Part shown: positions 28,197 through 37,852 of the stretch, one piece after another
How the letters are laid out: every line of letters begins with the position of its first letter
Numbering within the stretch: the first letter of the stretch is position 1
Source: an uncultured Methanosarcinales archaeon
GTDB lineage: Archaea > Nanobdellota > Nanobdellia > Woesearchaeales > CAYSVS01
Reading direction: 5' to 3'
Assembly: GCA_964589485.1 (NCBI GenBank)
Contig: CAZPRK010000007.1
Coordinates: 1 to 39,442, forward strand
DNA: 39,442 bases
The notes under the pieces: model-generated
Told to the model about the DNA's origin: nothing
The model's input: the letters and a program-made list of their open reading frames with translations, nothing else
Databases searched by the model: none
Position numbers and translations under genes: made by a program

Positions 28197-30340
28197 CTTA
28201 ATTCACTAACTAATCTTTTCGTTCTAGGTAAATCATTTTTACTACAAAAATTCAAATATAATTGTTTAGATTTTTCGTCATTTTGTTCATTATAAAAATC
28301 TACGCATTTTCTAATAATAAAAGGCATATATTCGTTTTGTTCAGTTAAATTCCTAAATAAGTTCATTGCCATTGTTTTATATCCTGATAAATATTTTGCT
28401 TTAATCAAGAGTAATATATCATATTCATTAGAACTTGTTAACCCTTCTTCTTCTCTAGTTAATACTTTTTCTATTTTAAAATTTTCATTTTGAGAAATTA
28501 TAAAGCTAAACAATTCTTTTTTTCTTTCACTAAAATGTTCACCTGTATCTAATAAAGTTAAAGCAGATTTATAGTTAAGTGTTTCAATTAAATAAAACAA
28601 TTTCTGAAAATATTTATCTTTTCCCTTCAATTTACCCATATATCTATCTGCTAAATCAATTTCCCCTTCTACCAATAATAAATTAACCATTGTTGAAGTT
28701 ATTCCACCTTTATCTGCAACTTTTTCTAAAAACAATAAAGCTTCATTTTTTTTATCAGCCTCTAAAAGTGCATTAAAATGAACATTACTTGCAACTTCAT
28801 ATTTCTCGTGATGACTTACTTCATTAAAGAAAGTTTCAAATCCATTTAATATATCTTCTAATTTTTCTGTTGAACTTGTAAATGTAAGTGCAAATTCGGG
28901 ATTATTTTCAAATTGTATTGCTTCATGTAAATAATCTCTTGCAATAGAATCTAACCCTATTTTAAAATACTCGACTCCTATCCACCCTTTTAATTCGTGA
29001 CAAGTTAATTTTTTATATTTAAATTTAGTAGGAATCAAATCAGGTATAGATTTTAAAGATATTTCCGAAGCTTTATAATATCCTTTTTTGAAGAGATTAA
29101 CAGCCCTCAAATGTCTTAACTCACAGCTTTCTTTTCTTCTTAAGAAAGAATAAGTTTTTATTTTTCTTTTTTTAAAATTTTCATACCCTTCTTTTGCCAA
29201 TCTCTCATAAATTAATTTAATCCTAGGTTGAACAAAATTACTATTCATGCCTAAACTATAAAAACCGCCACTAGAACCACTATTTACTTCAATTACTTTA
29301 AAGCCTTCTTCTGTTACAATGAAATCAAACCCAAGAACTATTGGGAAATATTCTTTTCTTATGTCTGCAAAAGGTTGTCCGGCTTTTATGGTAAAATGAA
29401 ATAAATCTTCTAAACTAAAACCTAATTTCTTAGCATATTCATCTAAGTTAATACCTCTGGCAGACTTAGATAAATTAACTGGTTCTTTAGACCAAGGTTG
29501 CGCTCTTACAACCCCGCCAACATATTCACATTTATCTGTCAAAATTCCAAAAACTCTCATATTAGAATCAAATTTTTGACCATTTATACGAAATCCAAGA
29601 GGCTTCATTCTTTCCTCAGCAATTATATTAGTAGATTTAATATGTCTATCTATAAACTCAGTAATTTTCTTTTTTTCATCTGGTCTAGCCATCATTACTT
29701 GCTTGCCACACGCACCATTATCTGCTTTAAAAACTAAAGAAGTAGAGTCTACACGTGAATGTAACCTTTCAATTATTTTATCCAAATTAGTTAAATCTTT
29801 TTTTTGAATTAAATTACTTTTTGCAACTGGAATTCCACTTTCTCTTAATAACATACTTGTTAAACTTTTACTTGAAGTATATGCAATTACTATTTTATCT
29901 TTGCAAGAATGCCTTACATCATTTCCTAAGCTCTCAAAAAGCATATCAGTCCATACTGGTTCTGAAGAAAAAAAAGGCACTAATTTAGAACCTAGTAAAG
30001 TATAAAAATAATTAAAGCCTAAATTATAATCTGTATCAAAATCTGGTCTTTCAAATTTTTTATCTCTTAAAATTTGAGCATTGATACCCAAGCTCTCACT
30101 TCTTAAAGAATAATATGAAAGATCAGGAACTAGAATAGTTTTGATAGGAATTCCTTTATAAGATGCCCCTTGCGACATAATTGCCAAAGCCAGCCCACCA
30201 TCACTAAGTCTATTAGCTATGATAATACTATCTTCTAAATTATGTGCACCATCTGATACTTCTTCATCTACAGATATCCCACCTACTCCTAAATCTAAAG
30301 AATTTATAAATTCATTTGCTTTTTCAAAATCAATTTTCAT
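28193..30340 (-). CDS. ATP-grasp domain protein with C-terminal alpha-helical (TPR-like) region
   Basis: VFKADNGACGKQV, NMRVF, PVNLSKSA, LGFDFIVTEEGFKVIEVNSG; helical C-terminal half. Confidence 0.7.
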   Translation of the reverse strand: MKIDFEKANEFINSLDLGVGGISVDEEVSDGAHNLEDSIIIANRLSDGGLALAIMSQGASYKGIPIKTILVPDLSYYSLRSESLGINAQILRDKKFERPDFDTDYNLGFNYFYTLLGSKLVPFFSSEPVWTDMLFESLGNDVRHSCKDKIVIAYTSSKSLTSMLLRESGIPVAKSNLIQKKDLTNLDKIIERLHSRVDSTSLVFKADNGACGKQVMMARPDEKKKITEFIDRHIKSTNIIAEERMKPLGFRINGQKFDSNMRVFGILTDKCEYVGGVVRAQPWSKEPVNLSKSARGINLDEYAKKLGFSLEDLFHFTIKAGQPFADIRKEYFPIVLGFDFIVTEEGFKVIEVNSGSSGGFYSLGMNSNFVQPRIKLIYERLAKEGYENFKKRKIKTYSFLRRKESCELRHLRAVNLFKKGYYKASEISLKSIPDLIPTKFKYKKLTCHELKGWIGVEYFKIGLDSIARDYLHEAIQFENNPEFALTFTSSTEKLEDILNGFETFFNEVSHHEKYEVASNVHFNALLEADKKNEALLFLEKVADKGGITSTMVNLLLVEGEIDLADRYMGKLKGKDKYFQKLFYLIETLNYKSALTLLDTGEHFSERKKELFSFIISQNENFKIEKVLTREEEGLTSSNEYDILLLIKAKYLSGYKTMAMNLFRNLTEQNEYMPFIIRKCVDFYNEQNDEKSKQLYLNFCSKNDLPRTKRLVSELR

Positions 30341-30373
30341 TTTTTAATTCCTTAATAAAGAATATATATAAAT

Positions 30374-31387
30374 CTAATTAGGGCACATCTTCTCACTAGA
30401 ATATTCTATTGCATCTAAGTCAGGATTTTCAAAATATTTATGAAAGTTAATATATTGTTTTTTATTAAAAGATTTCTTAATAAAACATAAAACTCTACTA
30501 GGAACGTGTTCAGATATAATTTCATATTCTGGCAAAACTTCTAACAATTTATTCGCAAACTCTTTTACATATTCATGCTCAGGCATATTATCTCTAACTA
30601 AATGTTTAGTACTTTCACCTACAAACATATATCCTTTAACTTCAATTAAGTCAGGATTTCCTTTTTCTATTAATTGTTTATAACCTTGCAAATCAGTATC
30701 ATTCAAACCTTTAATTACAGTCAACCTAATACAAGTTCTACATTTTTTCTTAGATAATACTTCCAAAGATTTCTGTAGCCTTTCATAATAGTCAGGGAAT
30801 AATGGTTTATCTACGTCTTTCAAAATTAATTTATTTGGAGCATCTACACTAACATATAACTGAGTTACAGTTTTTAAATTATCTAATGCTTCGGGGAATT
30901 GTGCATTTGTAACTAAGAAAGTAGATATTCCTCTTTTATGAAATTCACTTACTAACTCGTTAAATTTAGGGTAAGTAATTGGTTCACCTGTTAATGATAA
31001 TGCTACATGCTTAATATCTTTCATTTGATCTAGCAATTTAGTGTTAACTTCTTTATTTCCATGAAACCCTTCTAATAAACTTAAATGTGCATCTTTACTT
31101 CCAGAAATAATATCAATTGGATTGTCAATATCTCCATACCATTCTTTTGATACTGGAGCTTTTTCACCTCTCCAACAAAAACTACATCTATTTGCACAAT
31201 ACATTGAAGAAGTCATTTGCATACACTGATGACTTCTAATTCCATAGAACTTAAATTTATAACATCCACCTTGATTTCTAAGCATGCTCTTAGTCCAACC
31301 GCAAACTTTAACAGCACTATGACTACCTACTAATCTATATTGTTGTTTTTCTAACTGTTTTTGTTGAACTTCACTTAATTGAGACAT
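30374..31387 (-). CDS. taw1: 4-demethylwyosine synthase Taw1/TYW1 (radical SAM)
   Basis: YRLVGSHSAVKVCGWTK, CYKFKFYGIRSHQCMQM, CANRCSFCWR, HVALSLTGEP, EVKGYMFVG; no flavodoxin domain (archaeal form). Confidence 0.95.
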   Translation of the reverse strand: MSQLSEVQQKQLEKQQYRLVGSHSAVKVCGWTKSMLRNQGGCYKFKFYGIRSHQCMQMTSSMYCANRCSFCWRGEKAPVSKEWYGDIDNPIDIISGSKDAHLSLLEGFHGNKEVNTKLLDQMKDIKHVALSLTGEPITYPKFNELVSEFHKRGISTFLVTNAQFPEALDNLKTVTQLYVSVDAPNKLILKDVDKPLFPDYYERLQKSLEVLSKKKCRTCIRLTVIKGLNDTDLQGYKQLIEKGNPDLIEVKGYMFVGESTKHLVRDNMPEHEYVKEFANKLLEVLPEYEIISEHVPSRVLCFIKKSFNKKQYINFHKYFENPDLDAIEYSSEKMCPN

Positions 31388-31468
31388 TTTGGGATAGAAT
31401 TCTATTTGTTTTTTAAAGTTAATGGAATTATCTCACATACTCCATATCAGACTTATACTTTATAAAAT

Positions 31469-33097
31469 TCACTTACTTCTTCTTTGTTTCCTATTATTTG
31501 ATTTACCTTTAGAAAAAGATTTATTTTCTCTAAAGCCTTTCTTATCAGGTTTATTTGAATCTCTATTGGAACCTCTATAAGAATTTCTTTTATTACTATT
31601 AAAACTTCTATCTTCAGAATCTCTTCCGGATCTTGAATCTCTGCTAGAGCTTCTTCCTGAACGAGAATTTCTATCAGAATCTCTTCTTCTGAAATTTCTA
31701 CCATCAGAGTTACTTCTTCTCTCTTTACCCCTATAACCTCTTTTTGAGTTCCTTAAAGAACTTCTTTCACTAGATGATGTAGGTTCAGAAATATCTTTAT
31801 ATAAATCTAAATTAAGTTGATCTTTGAAACAATATTTTAAAACTGCAGAAACTATTCTAGTTGAGTCATTCCCTTTTAATAGCTCTTCAGCCATCGCGTC
31901 ATACTTTTTACTTTTACTTTTTTCAATAATATCTGCTAATATAGTTTTAATATGTGATTCCTTATGAGCTATTATCTCTTTAGCTGAAGGTAACTTAGCT
32001 TTTGTCAATTTACATTTATTTATTCTTTCAACAAAATTTAATTTTCTTTTCTCAGATGGAATTACAAAAGTTATAGAAATTCCTTTCTTACCTGCTCTTC
32101 CAGTTCTTCCAATTCGATGTATGTAAGATTCAGGACTTTGTGGCAAAGAATAATTAATAACATGAGTTAAATCATTTACATCTATACCCCTTGCTGCTAC
32201 ATCTGTTGCTATAAGTATTGTTACTGTCTTTTTTCTAAATTGCAATAATATTTTTTCTCTTTGTGCTTGAGTAATATCTCCATGTAATGCTGCAACTTTA
32301 TAATCCATTCTAGATAATTGAGCAATTAAAGTATCTACATTCATTTTGGTATTGCAAAATATTATACCATAAAAGTCATCATAATAATCAATAATTCTTC
32401 TTAATGCATCTAATTTATCTTTTTGATTAATGTCATAATAAATCTGTTCAATAGAATCTAAAGTTAAGTGAGATTTTTCAGCTTCAACAAAATCATATTC
32501 CTTCATATATTTTTTAGCGATATCCATTATTTGTTTAGGCATAGTTGCGGAAAATAATAACATATGTTTTTCTTCAGGTGTACTTTGTAGAATTAATTTA
32601 ATATCTTCTTCAAAACCCATATTTAGCATTTCATCTGCTTCATCTAATACAACATATTGAACTTTATCAATTTTCAAACTTTTTCTTTTTAATAAATCTA
32701 TAACTCTTCCTGGAGTTCCGACTACTATATCTACGCCCTTTTTTAACTTTTGAATTTGTTGCATAATAGGAGCTCCACCGTATACTGCTAAAACTTTAAC
32801 ATTCCTATCTCCAACTAAAGATTCAATTTCAAGTGAAACTTGTAATGCTAATTCCCTAGTAGGAGTTAAAATAATAGCTTGAGTTCCCTTACTTCTATCT
32901 CTAAGATTATCCAATATTGGAATACCAAAACTAACTGTTTTTCCTGTTCCAGTCTGACTCTTTCCAACAATATCTTTTTTTCCTTTCAAAAGTAAAGGAA
33001 TAACTTGACTTTGAATACTTGTTGGTAAAGTGAAACCTTTTTTCTCTATAGCTTTAAATGATTCTTCAGATATACCTAATTTCTTAAATTCTTCCAT
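31469..33097 (-). CDS. DEAD-box RNA helicase (DeaD/CshA-like) with R/S/D-rich tail
   Basis: Q motif, QTGTGKT, PTRELA, GTPGR, DEAD, SAT, ARGID, HRIGRTGRAG. Confidence 0.95.
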   Translation of the reverse strand: MEEFKKLGISEESFKAIEKKGFTLPTSIQSQVIPLLLKGKKDIVGKSQTGTGKTVSFGIPILDNLRDRSKGTQAIILTPTRELALQVSLEIESLVGDRNVKVLAVYGGAPIMQQIQKLKKGVDIVVGTPGRVIDLLKRKSLKIDKVQYVVLDEADEMLNMGFEEDIKLILQSTPEEKHMLLFSATMPKQIMDIAKKYMKEYDFVEAEKSHLTLDSIEQIYYDINQKDKLDALRRIIDYYDDFYGIIFCNTKMNVDTLIAQLSRMDYKVAALHGDITQAQREKILLQFRKKTVTILIATDVAARGIDVNDLTHVINYSLPQSPESYIHRIGRTGRAGKKGISITFVIPSEKRKLNFVERINKCKLTKAKLPSAKEIIAHKESHIKTILADIIEKSKSKKYDAMAEELLKGNDSTRIVSAVLKYCFKDQLNLDLYKDISEPTSSSERSSLRNSKRGYRGKERRSNSDGRNFRRRDSDRNSRSGRSSSRDSRSGRDSEDRSFNSNKRNSYRGSNRDSNKPDKKGFRENKSFSKGKSNNRKQRRSK

Positions 33098-33179
33098 ATT
33101 TCCCTCTTTATGTTGGTTCCTTTAAAAAGGTATGCCTGTTTCATATTATTTTATAAATAATTAATACCTTTCCAATCAA

Positions 33180-34277
33180 ATGAAAGAAGATTTTCTCTTA
33201 AGAGATATATACAATATGAGAGTTATTAAACATTTATCTGAAAGAATTAAAAAAGTTTATCCTGAATTTGAACAAGAAAAATTTAATAAATCAATTGAAA
33301 AAGAACTAGAAAAACTTAACTTCGGAGAAAGGTCTAAACTAATTAGAAAAAAATTAAAAGAATTTCTTCCTGATAATTTTAATACGTCAGCCCAAATATT
33401 AATTGATTCATTAAGTCCAGAATTAATTTTAGAAAATGGAAAAACAGACTGGAATAGTTTCATTAATGTTGCATTATCTGAATATATTGGAGATTATGGA
33501 TTAAACGATTATGAAATTTCAATGAAAGCTCTATATGAAATAACTAAACGTTGCTCTTCAGAAAGTGGAATTAGACCCTTTATCAGGAAATATCCTGAAA
33601 TATTTATTACACTTAAACTATGGACTCAAGATAAAAATGTTCATGTAAGAAGATTAGTTTCAGAAGGAACAAGGCCACGTTTACCATTAAGTTCACCATT
33701 AACTGAATTTAAAAAAGACCCTAAAAAAGTTATAGAATTATTAGAGTTACTTAAAGATGATCCTGAATTATATGTAAGAAGAAGTGTAGCAAATAATTTA
33801 AACGACATTTCTAAAGATAATCCTACTATTGTTATTAACTTATTAAAACAATGGAACAAAAATGCCACCAAAGAAAGACAATGGATTATAAGACATTCAT
33901 TACGAACTTTATTCAAACAAGGTAATAAAAATGCATTAGAATTAATGGGGTATACTAATCCTAAAATTGAAAATACGAGCATATCTATTGATGATGCTAA
34001 AATTGGAGAATCAAAATATATTGAAATAAAGTTTAGTTCTCTAAAAAATCAAAAATTAATGATAGATTATGTTATTCATTACATGAAAGCTAATGGAAAA
34101 CATTCAGAGAAAGTTTTCAAAATGGCTAATAAGAGCGTTAAAAAAGAAGTAATAATTTTAAAAAAAAAACATTCATTTAGACAAATGAGTACAAGAAAAC
34201 ATTACCCTGGAAAACATTATATTGAACTAATTATTAACGGAAATAGGTATAATAAGCAAGAATTCACATTACATTAA
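33180..34277 (+). CDS. DNA alkylation repair protein (COG4335, HEAT-like)
   Basis: SSESGIRPFI, HVRRLVSEGTRPRLP, YVRRSVANNLNDISKD, IDYVIHYMKANG..KVFK, TRKHYPG. Confidence 0.88.
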   Translation: MKEDFLLRDIYNMRVIKHLSERIKKVYPEFEQEKFNKSIEKELEKLNFGERSKLIRKKLKEFLPDNFNTSAQILIDSLSPELILENGKTDWNSFINVALSEYIGDYGLNDYEISMKALYEITKRCSSESGIRPFIRKYPEIFITLKLWTQDKNVHVRRLVSEGTRPRLPLSSPLTEFKKDPKKVIELLELLKDDPELYVRRSVANNLNDISKDNPTIVINLLKQWNKNATKERQWIIRHSLRTLFKQGNKNALELMGYTNPKIENTSISIDDAKIGESKYIEIKFSSLKNQKLMIDYVIHYMKANGKHSEKVFKMANKSVKKEVIILKKKHSFRQMSTRKHYPGKHYIELIINGNRYNKQEFTLH

Positions 34278-34302
34278 TAAATATGCTACCACTACAAGGA
34301 TT

Positions 34303-34773
34303 ATGACATTCACTAACTTAGAAGAATATTTAAAAGAACTAAAAAAATGCGATAATGTAGATGAACTTAAAGAGTTACATATTTACGATAATTGGCCGGT
34401 TCTTTTATATGGAAATCAAGAAAAAATATTCAAAAAAATAGATTTACATTTTAAACAGTCTCCTAGATTTAGATTTTCAGAATCTATTGTTCAAAGAAAA
34501 AAAGAAGTCTATGATTTTGAAAATACATTTATTACAATAGGTAAAGAAAATAGAGAAGATTATTCTGCGAAAGAACATCAAGTTAATGGCTTAGATCATT
34601 GTATTTGGATTGTACTTCACCCATATAACGATCATAGAACCAAAGCATGGAATTTTCATGAAATGACTTCCAATATAATAGATTTAAGTGAATATATTAT
34701 AGAACAAAATTTAACTGCCAGATTTCCAAAAGAAGGCCTTGAATTAAATTATGTAGGAAGAACTAAAAGCTAA
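34303..34773 (+). CDS. hypothetical protein (156 aa)
   Basis: ORF with AAGGA SD; no motif. Confidence 0.6.
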   Translation: MTFTNLEEYLKELKKCDNVDELKELHIYDNWPVLLYGNQEKIFKKIDLHFKQSPRFRFSESIVQRKKEVYDFENTFITIGKENREDYSAKEHQVNGLDHCIWIVLHPYNDHRTKAWNFHEMTSNIIDLSEYIIEQNLTARFPKEGLELNYVGRTKS

Positions 34774-34822
34774 CAATACTTTTTTACACTTATTATTAAT
34801 CCTAAATAAAGCATAATAAAAC

Positions 34823-35251
34823 CTAAATCTTCTTTGTTAAGAATTTAAACCAATCAACTTTTTTCTTTGGCCAACCATGATATACCAATAATGCTAAAGG
34901 TAACATAAAATTAGCAGCCCTTTCAATAAAATCTGCAAATGCTATAGTGAAAAATCCTGCAGTAATTGGTCTTATCAAAGCTGTAATAAATGCCCAAATA
35001 GTAGCCCATATCAAAATAAATCTGTAAGGTTTCCAAAGTACAAGAATACTCACAAATATATCCATTATACCTATTAATATTAACAATGTTGGAATTGCTG
35101 ATTCAGCTATCCCAATTCCTGTAAAATATTTGAACCAACCTTGTTTAATAGTTAAAGCCCAAATACCATGACCAAAGAATGTTCCAAAAACCCCAATTCT
35201 TAAAACCCATTCAAGTGGATCTCTTGCTCTAAAAGGTTTTCCATATGCCAT
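34823..35251 (-). CDS. four-TM membrane protein (DoxX-like)
   Basis: LRIGVFGTFFGHG, TALIRP, FIERAANF; start placed at ATG 35251 (MAYGKP). Confidence 0.7.
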   Translation of the reverse strand: MAYGKPFRARDPLEWVLRIGVFGTFFGHGIWALTIKQGWFKYFTGIGIAESAIPTLLILIGIMDIFVSILVLWKPYRFILIWATIWAFITALIRPITAGFFTIAFADFIERAANFMLPLALLVYHGWPKKKVDWFKFLTKKI

Positions 35252-35443
35252 ATAAGTATTTTGAAGATTCAACTATTTAAATGTTTTTAAAGTAAATATA
35301 AGATGCTAAAAAAATACGAAATAATACATTTTAGCAAAAAGCGATAAAACAATCAAAATAAATTATTACTTCTCTAATTATATTGCATTAATAAATTAAC
35401 ATTGAACGATAGCCTTATAAATAACTAATTTTAAATCCAACAA

Positions 35444-35980
35444 ATGTTAGTAAAAATAAAAGGATATGAATTTAATGCAATAACTATAAGAGATTCATTT
35501 AACAGAAGAGCTCAGTTATTTCATAATAATATTATTCAAACATTAAGGTCAATTGGACTTACTGAAGATGATATTGACATTCAACTTGAACCTGTTGCAA
35601 TAAAAAGGCTTCCTGCAAAAGCAATATGGTATGTTGATGGATATAAATTACATTATAGTTACAATGCTGGAACAAAATATGTTGAAAATCTATTTGTTGT
35701 TTCTAAAATTATTGAATTTGAAGTAAAAGAAATTATTGAAGGTAAAAAAACAATTGATCAATTTATTTTCGATTTCTCTGAAAATGATGAAGTTGAAGAA
35801 GAACGAAAAGAAGCAAGAAAACTTTTAGGAATTGAAGAAGATTCTTTAGATTTTGAACTTATGAACAAGAAATATAAAAAATTAGCTAAAGAAGCCCATC
35901 CCGATATGCCTAATGGTAATACTGAAAGGTTTAAAATGCTTAACCGAGCTCATAAAATTCTAAAAAGAGAATTAACTTAA
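35444..35980 (+). CDS. C-terminal J-domain (DnaJ-like) protein
   Basis: ARKLLGI..KKYKKLAKEAHPD..FKMLNRAHKIL. Confidence 0.88.
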   Translation: MLVKIKGYEFNAITIRDSFNRRAQLFHNNIIQTLRSIGLTEDDIDIQLEPVAIKRLPAKAIWYVDGYKLHYSYNAGTKYVENLFVVSKIIEFEVKEIIEGKKTIDQFIFDFSENDEVEEERKEARKLLGIEEDSLDFELMNKKYKKLAKEAHPDMPNGNTERFKMLNRAHKILKRELT

Positions 35981-36241
35981 TTCCTTATTTTTATAATAAA
36001 AAAATATAGCAATATATGCAACAGTTGTAACAATAGCAATAACATACTTAATAACTAAAGGTGGCTGATAAATTAAAATAGCATAAATTAAAGCAATTAT
36101 ATTTGCAACTAAAAATATTATAAATAAAAATAAACTAACTCCGCTTGTATCTTTAGTCTTAATTGTCTTAATCATTTGTGGAATAATCATTATTGAAAAC
36201 AAAAAAGTAGCCATCCAACCTAATACTTGCGTAAAGTCCAT
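35972..36241 (-). CDS. SemiSWEET / PQ-loop family transporter
   Basis: IIPQMIKTIKTKDTSGVS, three TM helices, 89 aa. Confidence 0.88.
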   Translation of the reverse strand: MDFTQVLGWMATFLFSIMIIPQMIKTIKTKDTSGVSLFLFIIFLVANIIALIYAILIYQPPLVIKYVIAIVTTVAYIAIFFYYKNKELS

Positions 36242-36273
36242 AATTTGAAAAAAAAATCAAGACATTAATAAAG

Positions 36274-36579
36274 CTATTGTTTGATATTAATTTTTATTTT
36301 AAACCATTTAGAAAAAAAGTTATACAAAATAGCTTCAATTAATCCTAATAAAAACCCAAATATTCCAAAAATAACCGGCATTCCTATCAAGGCACCAAAT
36401 GCAAGTACTGTTCCATAACTTAACCCAGGTGTTTCTGTAAAAACAATCCAATTAAGACTTACTAATGTATCAATTAACAATCCACCAAAGGAATATAATA
36501 TCCCTAAAAATAAACCTATAAATGTGGTTAATATTGCTTGAGTTTTTGCAAATTCTAAAATTTTAATTTTTTTTACCAT
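36274..36579 (-). CDS. small membrane protein
   Basis: Two hydrophobic segments, GMPVIFGIFGF..AILYN; start placed at ATG 36579 (MVKK), overlapping the upstream gene end. Confidence 0.65.
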   Translation of the reverse strand: MVKKIKILEFAKTQAILTTFIGLFLGILYSFGGLLIDTLVSLNWIVFTETPGLSYGTVLAFGALIGMPVIFGIFGFLLGLIEAILYNFFSKWFKIKINIKQ

Positions 36580-37129
36580 TTTTAACTCTTCTTCTATAGA
36601 AATCAGCAATAAAAATATTCTTTGTGAAGGCTCCTGCAGGTAATCCTACTAATACAACAATTAAAATTAAAAATATTATAGATAATAAAATACTTTTTAT
36701 TAAAACCATCAAATAATCTCCAAAATTTTGAAAGACATGTCTTAATATTTTAAATTCAAAAAAAGAACTTATAGTTCCTTTATTCATAAAATTTACAGCT
36801 AATATTGGAATTAAAAAAAATTCAATAAATATTCTAAAATACTCCAGATAAGGATTAATTACTGATAATAATATTATAAATAATCCATATGCTAATACGA
36901 AAGGAAGTGATTTTATAAAAATAATAAATCCTAATTTAAAATCTCTTTCAAAATTAAATTTAGGCAAGTGTTTAAATTTTCCTTTACTAAATTCTCTTAC
37001 AATTCTAACACCGTATCCACCTAATGGAAACCATCCAATTATTGGCAAAAGTAACCATAAAATATTCAACATTCCTTTAGGTCTATTAAAAGGATATTTG
37101 AAAGCAGTTTCAAAATCTAAAGTCTTCAT
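36563..37129 (-). CDS. DUF4013-like membrane protein
   Basis: AFKYPF, LLPIIGWFPLGGYGVRIVR, LPKF; start placed at ATG 37129 (MKTLD). Confidence 0.72.
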   Translation of the reverse strand: MKTLDFETAFKYPFNRPKGMLNILWLLLPIIGWFPLGGYGVRIVREFSKGKFKHLPKFNFERDFKLGFIIFIKSLPFVLAYGLFIILLSVINPYLEYFRIFIEFFLIPILAVNFMNKGTISSFFEFKILRHVFQNFGDYLMVLIKSILLSIIFLILIVVLVGLPAGAFTKNIFIADFYRRRVKNGKKN

Positions 37130-37220
37130 ATTAAAAATAATATTATTAATATATATAAGCTTTATTATTAACAAGATATTTAAATATAAGTAGTTGTTAT
37201 ATTTAATAAGGTGAATAAAT

Positions 37221-37460
37221 ATGAAAACAATGACTTGTAAAGAATTAGGCGGAGCTTGTGATAAAGAATTCCATGCAGAAACTTTTGAAGAAATGGCAGA
37301 AATGAGTAAAAACCATGGAATGGAAATGATGACAGATGTAGAGCATCAAAAAGCAATGCAGGCAATGATGGAACTTATGAAAGATCCAAATGCAATGCAA
37401 AATTGGTTTGAAAGTAAAAAAAAAGAATTTGAAGATAAAGATGCCGTTAGCAACAATTGA
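37221..37460 (+). CDS. DUF1059-like small protein
   Basis: MKTMTCKELGGACD..AETFEEM..H; Met-rich; SD AGGTGA. Confidence 0.75.
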   Translation: MKTMTCKELGGACDKEFHAETFEEMAEMSKNHGMEMMTDVEHQKAMQAMMELMKDPNAMQNWFESKKKEFEDKDAVSNN

Positions 37461-37842
37461 AACGAATAAAAGTGTAAATGATTTTATTAATTCAATAGAA
37501 GATAAAAGTAAAAGAGAAGATAGTAAAGTATTAATTAAATTAATTCAAAAACTCACTGGTGAAAAACCAAAAATATGGGGTGATAACTTCATGATTGGTT
37601 TTGGTAAATACAAATATCATAGAAAAAACAGTAAGGAAGAATTTGAATGGTTTAATGTTGGTTTTGCACCACGAAAAAATAATATTACACTTTACTTAAC
37701 TTGTTATTTAGAAAAAGAACCTTTAATTAAAAAACTTGGAAAATGTAAATGTGGCAAAGGTTGTTTGTATATTAAAAAATTAAATGATATTGATATGAAT
37801 GTTCTTACTAAACTAATTACTAAGTATAAAGATGGTAAGTGA
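37441..37842 (+). CDS. DUF1801 (YdhG-like) protein
   Basis: SVNDFINSI, PKIWG..IGFGKY, GFAPRKNNITLY, LGKCKCGKGCLYIKKL; start placed at ATG 37441. Confidence 0.85.
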   Translation: MPLATIETNKSVNDFINSIEDKSKREDSKVLIKLIQKLTGEKPKIWGDNFMIGFGKYKYHRKNSKEEFEWFNVGFAPRKNNITLYLTCYLEKEPLIKKLGKCKCGKGCLYIKKLNDIDMNVLTKLITKYKDGK

Positions 37843-37852
37843 TTTGAATAAG

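Noticed and set aside
31453..31704. 83-aa alternate-frame ORF with EIL repeats in the helicase tail (possible frameshift product)
   Set aside because: By-product of the repetitive R/S/D codons; the main frame is intact
6406..33982. Other short antisense or alternate-frame ORFs (6406, 11043, 11493, 15518, 17941, 18956, 22585, 24446, 29498, 33257, 33641)
   Set aside because: Lie within longer, better-supported genes and have no motifs
35273..35443. Longer intergenic region as a possible ncRNA
   Set aside because: Extremely AT-rich with no stable stem; explained by divergent promoters
37180..37365. 61-aa minus-strand ORF
   Set aside because: Antisense to the DUF1059-like gene, which has a clear SD
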